DNA of 64,000 bases from Candidatus Bathyarchaeota archaeon (GCA_963782525.1 CAWAKC010000003.1:192001-256000); one strand, 5' to 3'. Shown: positions 30,185-40,636, counted from the first letter of the stretch. The notes: generated by a model not told the origin, from the sequence alone. A program made the numbers and translations.

Positions 30185-30673
30185 TTAAGGCGACTTGAGT
30201 CCTATTTTTTCTATCACTTCATCAAGCTTTATTATTAGAATCGGTTTGTCTGCAGAAAAATCGCTCCAGTCGGAACCCATGGAAAAGCCATGAGCCAACA
30301 GAAAGTTTTTTGAAATTTTCTGTTTGCCCACTTCAGCCATCGTTTCTATAGCCAGTTTTCTTTCCTCGCGGTCCTCCACCAATTGAAGTTTTCCAGTAAG
30401 CACAACAAACTCATATTCGCTAAAATTTGGAGTGTACTGTTCTATTTCTACGCAAACTGGGGTTTCTTGCTTGAAAAAACTCATCTTCTTCCCGTAATCT
30501 GTGAAATGAAAGTAAAGAATACCATTAACATAAGCGTATTGAAAAGGAGCAATGTAAGGCTTCAAGTCACCTTTGAATGCTATTCGACAAAGGAATTGCC
30601 CTCTAATTAGTTCTTCGATCTCGTTTTCTTTCATTTTTGGCAGCTCTACCTTCGTCATTTCTAATACCCGCAA
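30185..30673 (-). CDS. Pyridoxamine 5'-phosphate oxidase (NimA-like) flavin-binding protein
   Basis: LCRIAF...PYIAP...LYFH...GKKM...VCVEIE. Confidence 0.88.
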   Translation of the reverse strand: MRVLEMTKVELPKMKENEIEELIRGQFLCRIAFKGDLKPYIAPFQYAYVNGILYFHFTDYGKKMSFFKQETPVCVEIEQYTPNFSEYEFVVLTGKLQLVEDREERKLAIETMAEVGKQKISKNFLLAHGFSMGSDWSDFSADKPILIIKLDEVIEKIGLKSP

Positions 30674-30799
30674 TTACTAAATTATCCCTTCTCCTTTTTT
30701 AGAGTACTCATCATCCAGGCAAGACTATTCTGTGGTGACTACGAAAATGGAGAGCTTTAAGACAGATGATCAATTAAGTCTAAGGAAGAAGGATGAGTA

Positions 30800-31732
30800 A
30801 TGAGAATAGGTTATCCTTGTATCAATAGAACTATTGACTGCACCGCAAACAGCACTTTTCGGCTAAAATCTTACTCTGAAACCCGACTTAAGGAGACAGT
30901 GAAAAATAACTTAGACTGCTTGATAAGAATCTTGCATTTCAATCTTGAGCATGGTTTATTCTTTTTTAGAATTTCCTCAGACTTGGTCCCTTTTGCATCT
31001 CATCCGATAAATAAGTTCGACTGGCAAGGGCATTTCCAAGAAGATTTTGAAGAAATTGGCGAGTTCATTACCAAAAATAGAATGCGAATCTCAATGCATC
31101 CAGACCAGTTTACCCTAATTAACTCAATTAAAGAGGATATTTTCGAAAGAAGCAAAAATGAACTCAAATATCACGCCCAAATACTTGACTTATTGAAACT
31201 TGACACTTCGGCAAAAATTCAAATACATGTTGGCGGAGCTTACGGAGACAAAAAGAAGAGCATGGAGAGATTTGTAACAAGATTCAATGAGCTTGATGGT
31301 TCAATAATTCGGCGCTTGGTAATTGAGAATGATGATAAATTGTTTGATTTGAAGAACTGCCTTGAGATAAATGCACAAATCCAAATTCCAATTCTATTTG
31401 ATGTCTTTCATCATAAACTCAACAATTCCGTAAACCAGACGATAGAAGAATCTTTCAAACTTACTACAAAGACATGGACTGAAAAAAGCGATGGAATCCC
31501 AATGGTCGACTACAGCTCTCAAGAACCTAATGGATTGCCAAGGCAACATTCCGAGGCAATTAAACTAGAGGATTTTGAACTGTTATTGAAACAAACTGAA
31601 ACCTTCGATTTCGATATAATGCTGGAGATCAAAGATAAAGAAAAAAGTGCAACCAAAGCAATTGAATTGGCAATCACAGATTGGCGAGTTCAGAATTTTT
31701 TGAATAATAACTCTGACCCTTTAGTCGCCTAA
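30800..31732 (+). CDS. uvsE: UV DNA damage endonuclease UvsE (UVDE)
   Basis: MRIGYPC, FRISSDLVPFASHP, SMHPDQF, IHVGG, IENDD, FDVFHH, MLEIKDKE. Confidence 0.96.
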   Translation: MRIGYPCINRTIDCTANSTFRLKSYSETRLKETVKNNLDCLIRILHFNLEHGLFFFRISSDLVPFASHPINKFDWQGHFQEDFEEIGEFITKNRMRISMHPDQFTLINSIKEDIFERSKNELKYHAQILDLLKLDTSAKIQIHVGGAYGDKKKSMERFVTRFNELDGSIIRRLVIENDDKLFDLKNCLEINAQIQIPILFDVFHHKLNNSVNQTIEESFKLTTKTWTEKSDGIPMVDYSSQEPNGLPRQHSEAIKLEDFELLLKQTETFDFDIMLEIKDKEKSATKAIELAITDWRVQNFLNNNSDPLVA

Positions 31733-31767
31733 GTTTTTTTCTCTATCATGAGGCATATTTACGTTTC

Positions 31768-32752
31768 TTATTTCCAGTAGTTTTTTCCATCAACCTCTGA
31801 AAAGACAGTTTCAAGTTCTGCAAGCTGTTCTGGGTAAGGTTCTAGCAAAGTCTGGCTCGATAAATATTCTTGATTGAACCTAACAATCCAAGCCTTCAAA
31901 ACACTCATGCATGCACTCAGAGGCAATCTTCCTGCCCTGTACTTGTCAACTGAAGACAGGAAGAAGAGCTTTTCATCCTTAGAAAGTTGATGAGAGAAAT
32001 AACCCATTATCTTTGACATGACGTTTATGTTTGCGCCGGCACTCGGAGTACGTGCTAATGCATTGTACAATTGCGTTTCATAGTTCTTGATTATTTCATC
32101 AAAAGCTTTGTGCTCTTGGTTTGCCGCCAACTTCCCCAAGATCCTAAGCTCCGTCTGATTGTAAGCTGTAAATAAGTACTTGTTATCAGCTTGAAATTTC
32201 ACTAGATCTCTAACTTTCCCGGATTTTTTTACTTCTCTAAAACTAGCTAAAGTAAATAGTTTCGTGAGAAAATGCTCCCTTATCCTCGGATTAAGCAGGC
32301 GGCGCTCATCTTCAATTGCCAAATTCGGAAATTTCTGGAGAACTGCTCCTCCAAAGAAGCCAGGGGCTTTCTCTATTGATGAGACTTTTTCGATGCTTGG
32401 ATACACTTTTACGTTTTTGAAACCACTACTCGGAGACGCACTCTTGAGGATAAAACCATCAACTGCATCCAAAGAATCCAAGAAATAATCTGAGAACTTT
32501 GTCATTTTATCGGTGAAGTCAAAACCGGTAGCTGGTTGCAGGAGTTTTTTTTCTCCGTTTACTAATACTATTCTGATAGGGTCGCGGGGGTACGCCAAGT
32601 CCTATTTCAACTTCTGGACAAACTGGAACAAAATTTACGTACGGCTTAAGTTTCTCAACGAATTCGCTAGCTATTATTTGCCCGTTCCATCTAACGGGTT
32701 CGAAAGTGATGCATTTGGAAACTACAACAACAGGTTTGGGGAATTCCCTCAT
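31768..32752 (-). CDS. DUF523 + DUF1722 (YbgA) protein, frameshift in C-run at ~32588
   Basis: VVVSKC..VRWNG, VCPEVEIGLGVP(R), GFILKSASPSSG, IMGYFS, QEYLSSQTLLEPYP. Confidence 0.9.
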
Positions 32753-32938
32753 TTAGCGCCCTCGTTTTGCTCCGAGTGATAATTGAAAAAATGAGAGGTT
32801 GCGTGTTTCATAAGTCTTCTTATCGCTGGCAGAATAGGCTTTTCAGAAATAAAATTAGTCTTTCCAAACTCTTCTAAGACTTTGCAGTCTTCGATTGCCT
32901 TATATATTTAGAGCAAAGAATAAGTTTCGGAGATTCTG

Positions 32939-33724
32939 ATGACAAATAATAATTCAAGCGTTCTAAGATATGCGAACATACTATTTTTTGCCTTAACAAT
33001 AATAGTTAACAGTTTGGCTGGAAGCTCAACAATTATTGGTGGCAGGAATACTGCTCAAATCTCCGATGCCAACCCGACTCTAATAACTCCTGCTGGCTAC
33101 GTATTCTCCATATGGGGAATCATCTACATTCTGCTTGGAGCTTTTGTAGTTTACCAAGCATTGCCCAAACAACAGGGAAAAGACTACCAGAAAAGAATCG
33201 GTTGGCTCTTTGTTCTAAGCAGCATAATAAATATTGCTTGGATTTTCGTCTGGCAATTTGAATATCTTGCTCTATCGGTTTTGCTTATCTTCGCGTTACT
33301 CTTAACGTTGATTGCCATTTACATTCGCATTGGTGTTGGAAAGTCTAAAGCCCAGTTGAGTGAGAAACTTGCAGTTCACCTTCCTTTCAGCGTCTACTTA
33401 GGCTGGATAACTATTGCTTCAATAGCTGATATTGCCGCAACCTTGGTTTCTTACAATTGGAATGGTTTTGGTTTAAGCCCAGAGACATGGGCTATTGTGG
33501 TTGTTGCAGTGGCTCTGATAATTACAATTCTAATGCTGGCTATTCGAAAAGATGTGGCTTATTCACTTGTAGTCATTTGGGCTTTGGTTGGCATAGGAGT
33601 AAGTCATAGCGTCAATCAATCAGTTGTTACATTAACCGAAATAGGTGCTGCAATTGTTGCTATTGCCATAATTGTAACTATTTCTTTATCTTTGCTAAGA
33701 CATAAGAAAACAACAGCATCTTAA
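32939..33724 (+). CDS. TspO/MBR-like tryptophan-rich sensory membrane protein
   Basis: ITPAGYVFSIWGIIY, NIAWIFVWQ, PFSVYLGWITIA. Confidence 0.85.
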   Translation: MTNNNSSVLRYANILFFALTIIVNSLAGSSTIIGGRNTAQISDANPTLITPAGYVFSIWGIIYILLGAFVVYQALPKQQGKDYQKRIGWLFVLSSIINIAWIFVWQFEYLALSVLLIFALLLTLIAIYIRIGVGKSKAQLSEKLAVHLPFSVYLGWITIASIADIAATLVSYNWNGFGLSPETWAIVVVAVALIITILMLAIRKDVAYSLVVIWALVGIGVSHSVNQSVVTLTEIGAAIVAIAIIVTISLSLLRHKKTTAS

Positions 33725-33754
33725 TCAGTTATCTTGGGGTGTTTCAGTAAACTT

Positions 33755-34324
33755 ATGGTACAAACCGTAAATTATGAAATCATAAGAAAAATAGACAACG
33801 TTGAGATTCGACGCTATCCTAGAATCGTAATTGCTAAAGTAGCCAACCATGAATCAGATAGTTTTGGCCTTCTTTTTCGATTCATTTCAGGAAATAACAA
33901 AGAAAAAGAAAAAGTCAAAATGACTACTCCCGTGGTCTCACAGGAACCTTCAAAAGAAATTAAGATGACGTCACCTGTACTTTCAGATTTCTCAAATGAA
34001 GGCTACATGGCTTTTGTTATGCCTTCTGAATTTAGTTTTGATACAACCCCATTTCCCTTAGATAGCAGGGTCAAAATAGAAGAGTTGCCTCCAAGGTCAG
34101 TAGCTGTTTTGCGTTTCTCCGGAAGTTGGTCTGAGACTCACTTTGAAGAAAAAACCAAAGAGCTACTACAAGAGATAGCTAACGCAAAAGTGAAAACGAA
34201 AGGCCATGTCTTTACGATGCTTTATAATCCACCGTTCACTCCAAGTTTTCTGCGAAGAAACGAAGTAGCCGTAGAAGTAGAACTCTCGCCTTCAAAATCA
34301 AGCAGGTCAACAAAGCATATTTAG
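33755..34324 (+). CDS. SOUL heme-binding protein (second paralog)
   Basis: VEIRRYP, FRFISGNN, MTTPV/MTSPV, YNPPFTPSFLRRNEV. Confidence 0.92.
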   Translation: MVQTVNYEIIRKIDNVEIRRYPRIVIAKVANHESDSFGLLFRFISGNNKEKEKVKMTTPVVSQEPSKEIKMTSPVLSDFSNEGYMAFVMPSEFSFDTTPFPLDSRVKIEELPPRSVAVLRFSGSWSETHFEEKTKELLQEIANAKVKTKGHVFTMLYNPPFTPSFLRRNEVAVEVELSPSKSSRSTKHI

Positions 34325-34344
34325 ATTGATTCCTGTCCTTGAAG

Positions 34345-35081
34345 CTACGTCAGTTTTTGTAATAATTCTACTGTAGCGTTTAACGTTTGGCTTTGTTGGG
34401 CTTCTCTTGTTATTGTAGCCGGATTGTCTCCTGATTGATCGCCGTAATATCCGAATTGCGCATGGTTTCCTCCCGCTATTTCAACATAAACTGTTATTGG
34501 GGGAAGCATCTCCCGAGAATTCAGTATTTGGGAAGTACTTACCAATCCATCGTTACTACCGTGAACAGTAGTTACTAACAGATCGTATTTTGACAGGTTA
34601 TTTCCAGATGCAGGATATGCCGCCCAGAGTACAAGTCCTTGTATTTTCGATGGGTTTTGGTAAGCGAACTGGGCAGCCATGGTTCCTCCAAGAGAGTGTC
34701 CGCCAATTGCCCAAGAGGTAATCTCCGGATGAGATGCGATTACATCGTTTGCCGCATTCGCTCCCAGGACTGCTAAATTAAGAGGCATAGGCACGATAAC
34801 TGCCAAGTATCCTTCATTAGCTATTGCATGAGCAAGCGGTGCATATGAACGGTAATCTACCCTTCCACCGGGATAAATAATCAAGCCTGTGGTGTAATTG
34901 GTGGTTGTGGGTTTAAAAGTCAACCATTGACCGCTTATCACTGTGACGTTTGAATCGGATTGTAATGCGTTGATGGCTTGCTTCATTGGCGACGGGGGGT
35001 TTCAGCCCACACAATAAATCCTGTGAAAATCACTAAGGCAACAAGCAGAGCAATTATCAGTATTTTGTAGCGTCTACGCAA
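34345..35081 (-). CDS. Alpha/beta hydrolase with N-terminal anchor, frameshift in C-run at ~34996
   Basis: YPGGRV, GGHSLGG, GSNDGL, GGNHAQFG. Confidence 0.88.
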
Positions 35082-35280
35082 TTACATCTTCTCCTATTTA
35101 TTAAGCTGCTTTCTAAGTCTAAAAGGCTTCTTTTTGTGACAGACGATGCAATACCTTGATTTGAAGTCTATTTACTTTTTGTAGATAGGTTAGCAGTGCG
35201 AATAATCCTGCCAGTCCATTCGGAATCGATATTCCTAAATAGAAAAAATTGCTAAATAAGAAAACATAGGGTGCAGTGTT

Positions 35281-35787
35281 ATGAGTTCTGAATCAAGAGA
35301 TCAAACATTCGTTAAGAAACAAATGCCAACCAAATTTTTGGAGGAGCGCATTATTGAGTTTCTTAAGAAACAAAACATGTGCGTTCTTGCTACTTGTGGC
35401 GATGGGCTTCCTAGGGCTACTCCGATTGAGTATCACTCCAAAGGAATCACTATTTACTTCGTGGGTGAACCAGGCGAAAAAATAAAGAACATAACGGATA
35501 ATCCCAACGTTAGCATAGGTATTTTTCTCCCGTACACAGGTTGGGATAGCGCCAAGGGTGCCCAAATAACTGGAAGAGCAAAAATTATCTCCAGACAAGA
35601 CCATGATGGCCTCAGAGAAGGCTTAGAAGCATACCAATGGGAAAAAACAGCGAAGCAGTTGAACATAAAAGAGTTTCCCAAAACAGTAGAGCTAGTAAAA
35701 GTTGATCCTGAAAAAATAGAGTACGTTGACATTTCGTTGAAGAAAATGGGCTATAGCCCACGGCAAACTCTCGTATTGCTTAACTAA
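35281..35787 (+). CDS. Pyridoxamine 5'-phosphate oxidase family protein
   Basis: CVLAT..DGLPRATP, KIKNI..NPNVS, QITGRA. Confidence 0.88.
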   Translation: MSSESRDQTFVKKQMPTKFLEERIIEFLKKQNMCVLATCGDGLPRATPIEYHSKGITIYFVGEPGEKIKNITDNPNVSIGIFLPYTGWDSAKGAQITGRAKIISRQDHDGLREGLEAYQWEKTAKQLNIKEFPKTVELVKVDPEKIEYVDISLKKMGYSPRQTLVLLN

Positions 35788-35801
35788 CAAAGACCTGTAG
35801 G

Positions 35802-36650
35802 TTAGGCGGAGGGTAAGTTAAGCATGGTAGTCGTTTCATTCCATAATCGCTTTTGGAGTGACTCATCATAAGATGTTAGGCAAGTAGCGCTTTCTTTTTT
35901 CTTAGCAAAGCATTTTCCAGTGACATCCCTTACCTCGTTGGATGAGGCTAAATAGACTGATGTTTCTGCCCCTTTCTTTGCATTAATCTGCATTGGGCGA
36001 ACCATCTTGAACATGATAGAAGACCGTAAGCTTCCGCTGTTTTTTCCAAGATTAGTAGCTACAAAACCCGGCATCAAAACATTTGCTGTAACTCCACTTC
36101 CCACCAACCGCCTAGCCAACTCATAAGTAAACATCATAAGCATCAACTTCGCATTTGAATAAACTTGCATTCCCTTGTAATCTTTCACACTTTGCAGGTC
36201 ATCAAAATTAACTTTACCATTCTTCGCTAACCCAGAGCTTACATTAATTATTCTAGAAGGCGCACTGACCTTTAGTAAGTCTAGCAACTTATTCGTCAAA
36301 AGGAACGGCGCCAAATAATCTACCGCAAATGTACGTTCAAAATCCTCAGGCGTAACCTCACGTTTACTGAATTCTCCGCCAGCATTGTTAACCAATACCT
36401 CCAATCGACTGTATTTTTTCTTAAATTCCCTTGAAAAATCTCTTATCGACGCCATCGATGACATATCACATAACATCAGACTAACAGATTTATTACCGGT
36501 CTTTTCGATTATTTCAGCTAATGCTTTTTCTCCCTTCTCTTGATTACGAACAACCATTACAACCGTGGCGCCCATTTCTGCTAAAGCAAAAGCGGTCTCT
36601 TTGCCTATCCCCGAGTTACTGCCAGTAACAATACAAATCTTACCAGACAT
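35802..36650 (-). CDS. Short-chain dehydrogenase/reductase (retinol-dehydrogenase-like subgroup)
   Basis: TGSNSGIGKETA, NNAG, RIINVSS, YSNAK, GAETSVYLA. Confidence 0.9.
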   Translation of the reverse strand: MSGKICIVTGSNSGIGKETAFALAEMGATVVMVVRNQEKGEKALAEIIEKTGNKSVSLMLCDMSSMASIRDFSREFKKKYSRLEVLVNNAGGEFSKREVTPEDFERTFAVDYLAPFLLTNKLLDLLKVSAPSRIINVSSGLAKNGKVNFDDLQSVKDYKGMQVYSNAKLMLMMFTYELARRLVGSGVTANVLMPGFVATNLGKNSGSLRSSIMFKMVRPMQINAKKGAETSVYLASSNEVRDVTGKCFAKKKESATCLTSYDESLQKRLWNETTTMLNLPSA

Positions 36651-36919
36651 CGCCAAATTGCATCATCACTACTCAATATATACGGAACCAAATAAAAAAC
36701 TGCTCATAGGTAACTCTTTGGCAATTCTATGCCTCGAAGCTCGAGTTGTACCTGCAGAATCGTGTAAATCAAAATTTTTTCTATGTAAGTTTCTCTTGAA
36801 GCTTCACATTCAAAACCATTGAGCATCCAATGCTCCAGATCATCGCCGAATTTCACGTCTTAGACGTCTAAATTTGATAAATATTAACAAGTGGCAAATA
36901 CTCAGAGGCTCAGGTTACA

Positions 36920-37060
36920 GTGCGAAAACACCCAGTAAGCATAGCCTTTTCCAATCGCGTATTAGAGAAAATAGATAAAGAAGCCTCAAAACAAAAAAGA
37001 TCCAGAAGCGAATATGTAGAACTGCACTTGAGAGTATGTTTTTTAGACTACCAGCGATAG
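36920..37060 (+). CDS. Small ribbon-helix-helix (CopG-like) protein (46 aa, not in ORF track)
   Basis: MRKHPVSIAFSNRVLEKIDKEASKQKRSRSEYVELHL... Confidence 0.65.
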   Translation: MRKHPVSIAFSNRVLEKIDKEASKQKRSRSEYVELHLRVCFLDYQR

Positions 37061-37200
37061 AGAACGAAATAAAAATGAAACCAATGTAAGCGCGCGCTGC
37101 AACGCTTATAGGTTTTTTGCAGAATTCGAGAAATTTGAAGCTTGCAGATGCAAAAACATCTGTTTAATAGACACGGTGTAAGCAAGATTTTAGGGATTTT

Positions 37201-37410
37201 ATGAGCAACAAAGAAAAGAAGAGAAAAGCCGACTCCACAATAAGCAAGGATCCTAAAGAAAAAGACAAGACTGCTATAAGCGAAAGAGAGCGATTCAAAG
37301 GCAAGTTGAACAAGGCAGAAAACAAAGCTCAAGAAACTATTATTAAAGCAAGAAGTAAGAACCAAGGTCACGAAGCCGTTTCCGACCAGAAGTCACACGA
37401 ATACCACTAA
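37201..37410 (+). CDS. Small highly charged hypothetical protein
   Basis: 69 aa, Lys/Glu-rich, TATA-like TTTAATAG upstream. Confidence 0.55.
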   Translation: MSNKEKKRKADSTISKDPKEKDKTAISERERFKGKLNKAENKAQETIIKARSKNQGHEAVSDQKSHEYH

Positions 37411-37664
37411 ACGCAAACATTCACTGAACCGTTTATGCTACTTGCCGTTGACAATACTAAGCTCCTAATCAATTTTTATTCTCCTTCAGTTTTCCCCATG
37501 ATTCCGTGACAAAGCTTAGATAGCCCAATGCCAGTATCTTTTCTCCGCAAAATTTTGGGACTTTACCTATTCAGACCTACAATTCGGCTGAGTTATCATA
37601 ATCATACAATTTGATAAAAAAAATCAAAATCGTCAGGTTTGAGCTAAGGGGCTCGTACCCAATT

Positions 37665-38298
37665 CAGACTGTGTAAAAACTTAGATCACGACGTTATTCC
37701 ACTCGAAGCTTATACTCCCAGGCAACGCCTGCTTAATCCTTTTCTGGCCTTTTTCACGACTTCAACAAAGCAATCAGTAATCCCACTCCAAGGATGTTGA
37801 TAGCTCTCCTCATGTTGTAAGCTAACATGGTGAACCCAACTTCTCCTTTAACCTTCCGAAGTCCCTTCAAAAGAAGATAACCCTGATTAAACGCCCTCTT
37901 CATCGTCCCAAACGGATGCTCCACCAACATCCGTCGCAAACGCAAGTTCCTTTTCCCTTCAGAACTCTCCAACCTTGCCCTGAGCCGCTCAACCGAACCC
38001 TCATACTCCGACCTATAAATTATCCTTCCACGCTTGTTCCTCGTGCACCTCTCCCTCAAAGAGCAGGAAAAGCAAGACCTAGTTCTATAGAGCCTACCGC
38101 CTACATCCTTACCTTTAGAGCTGCGCTTCCAAAACCTCATTTCCCATCCAGCAGGACAAGTATAAACATCTCTGACAGAATCGTACGCAAACAAGTCAGT
38201 GTAAAACTCAGGCTCTGGCACACCAAAACGCATATGCGGATTCACAACAGCGGGAATCGGCATAAACACCCTCAAGCCTTCAGCCTCGCAGCAGGCAA
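37665..38298 (-). mobile_element. Truncated, diverged IS1182-family element (right end only)
   Basis: TIR CAGACTGTGTAAAAAC at 37665; ORF homologous to the transposase C-terminus (EHPFGTMKRAFNQGY); 5' part absent. Confidence 0.88.
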
Positions 38299-38468
38299 AC
38301 CAGTGGAACACTACTGCTTTAACGGTAAAGCCGTCTAAAACGAGAGCGACCTGTGAATTTTCTATTTCTTTTTTTAACTTTTTCTGCTAGAAGCAAAAAA
38401 TAGGTGCTTTGCAACAGTAAGGATAATTCTTAATTATTCAATAATGCAATTTACCCGATGGGATTTAC

Positions 38469-38639
38469 ATGGTTAACGAGTTTAGAAAACGTATTGACCT
38501 TTTGGGGCTCGATGAGGAAAATAAGAAGAAAGTCATCGAGTTAATCGAGGAAGCAGGAAGGGAATTTCCATGTTTAGCATGTCCTTCAAAAGATACCTGC
38601 GAAAACTTCAAGTGGTACATAAAATGGCTTAGCAATTAG
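38469..38639 (+). CDS. Small CxxC-x5-C protein (56 aa, not in ORF track)
   Basis: MVNEFRKRIDLLGLDEENKKKVIELIEEAGREFPCLACPSKDTCENFKWYIKWLSN. Confidence 0.7.
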   Translation: MVNEFRKRIDLLGLDEENKKKVIELIEEAGREFPCLACPSKDTCENFKWYIKWLSN

Positions 38640-38983
38640 CCACAACCTTAGCGGAGGCTTTAGTCGGAAAGTTTTTAGCCGTTCAAATTAAAGAGAAATC
38701 ATCGTAGTTTTCAACTCCTTTGTACGTGCCACCAGGGCAAAAAGCGCGGGGTATCAGGGCACATTAACCATAGATAGAGAGTAAATGTTAATTGGGAATG
38801 ATTTTTACTGGTAAATTGGGGCTAGTACCCCCACTCAGCGCCTAGAGTAAAAAATCAGAAGTTCAAGTGTTAAGAAAAGTTTTGAACCATTTTGGGTATG
38901 GGGACGGGCGCCTTCAAACTTGGTCAAAATTTGCAAAGATTAGTCTTATTCAATGAGTTTGAGTAAGGGACCCATACCGTGTA

Positions 38984-40606
38984 CAGACTGTGTTAAAACT
39001 CACCGCTAAAGCCTGAGATATCTGGCGCCTAATCTCTTGTCTTCGATTACCTGCACTTACTTTCTTTTTCCTTACGCTTTAATCAAACCTATTAGCATTC
39101 CAACTCCAAGAATATTGATAGCCCTTCTCATATTGTAAGCCAACATAGTGAAACCAACCTCTCCTCTCACTTTCCTAAGACCCTTCAAAAGCACATAACC
39201 CTGATTAAAAGCCCGCTTCATCGTCCCAAACGGATGCTCCGCCAACAACCGCCTCAAACGAAGCATCTTTTTGCCCTCCGAACCCTTCAACCGCTCCCTT
39301 AAACGATCAACCGCCCCATCATATTCACCCCTGAACATATACCGTCCACGCTTATTCCTAGTACACCTACCTCTCACCAAACAAGAATCACAACACCTCG
39401 ACCTATACAGCCTACCATCAAAACCTTTGCCGCGGTTACTACGCTTCCAAAAAGGCATCTCATTTCCCACAGGACAAACATACACGTCCTTAGCGGCATC
39501 ATAAACAAATTTGTCAGAGTAAAATTCAGGCTCAGGAATGCCAACGCTCTTGTATGGATTCAAAGCCCCAGGTATAGGCATGAAAAGGGTATATTATTAT
39601 CCTCACAACCTGCAACATCTTTCTCGACGTAGAAACCCTTGTCACTCAAAACAGCTAGCCTATCCACACCTAAGGTTTCCTTCGCTGCTAAAGCGTCCTT
39701 AACCAGCTGATGGTGATCAGTGGAGATATTTATCACGTCATAATCGACAATGAGGTGCTGTTTTGCATCAACGGAAGTTTGAATATTGTAGCCAACTTCA
39801 AGCCGTTGACTATCAACTCGCATTAAACGGCTGTCTGGATCCACAAGTGAAACCTCCCTTTGGCCTGTAGCCTTCATCTGCTCTCGAATTTGCTCATATT
39901 GCTGCCTCTTCTCTTCAAGCTGGCCTATTTTTTCCCTAAGCTCATCAGCAGGTGCATTATCATCGTCCTCTGAATCGTTGGCATCATTAGAATCTAATTC
40001 GTTGAGGTATTGTGCTATCTTTTCCTCTGTCTGCTTAAGCCTCAACGCAACGGTTTTCTCGTTGAGGTTGTTGCTTTTTGAGTTGACAGCCCTAAATTTG
40101 GTTCCATCAATCGCTACAAGTTGCGCACCGTAAAGGTCCAAGCTCCTGCAGAGGTAAACGAATTCTTTGAATACTCCTTTGATGCAGTCTACGTTGTTTT
40201 TTCTGAAGTCTGCGATGGTTTTGAAGTCTGGAGACAGCTTTTTCATGAGCCACATGACTTCGACGTTGCGGTAGCATTCTTTCTCCAGTTTCCTGCTGGA
40301 TCTTACCTGGTTGAGGTAGCCATAAACATAGAGCTTGAGAAGGTCTGAAGGATTGTAAGATGGTCTTCCAGTGTCGGCCAGGCTTGAGTGTTTGAACCCC
40401 AACTTTTCCAAGTTGAGGCTTTCAACGAATGCGTCAATGAACCTGACGGGATTTTCTTTGTCAACATATTTGTCGATGGTGTCTGGAAACAGCACTGTTT
40501 GGTCTCTGTGAGTTCCGTTTACATGTTCGCTCATGGCTTTTCAGTTGTTCTGAAGCTAGCTTTAAGCTTAACGGTAAGTGGACTATAGGACTTTTCACAC
40601 AGTCTG
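38984..40606 (-). mobile_element. IS1182-family insertion sequence, copy 2 (1623 bp, inverted relative to copy 1)
   Basis: Same length, TIRs and translated ORFs as copy 1; flanks TGTA/TGTC (3 of 4 TSD match). Confidence 0.93.
39072..40534 (-). CDS. IS1182-family transposase with the same frameshift as copy 1
   Basis: 324-aa and 169-aa ORFs identical to those at 9480-10942. Confidence 0.92.
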
Positions 40607-40616
40607 TGTCGGGGGT

Positions 40617-40636
40617 AAGTCCGGTACGGCCCACCA
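40617..40636 (+). repeat. Direct repeat of the tRNA-Val 3' end (putative attR)
   Basis: AAGTCCGGTACGGCCCACCA; 16 of 17 nt match 23931-23947, followed by CCA. Confidence 0.85.
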
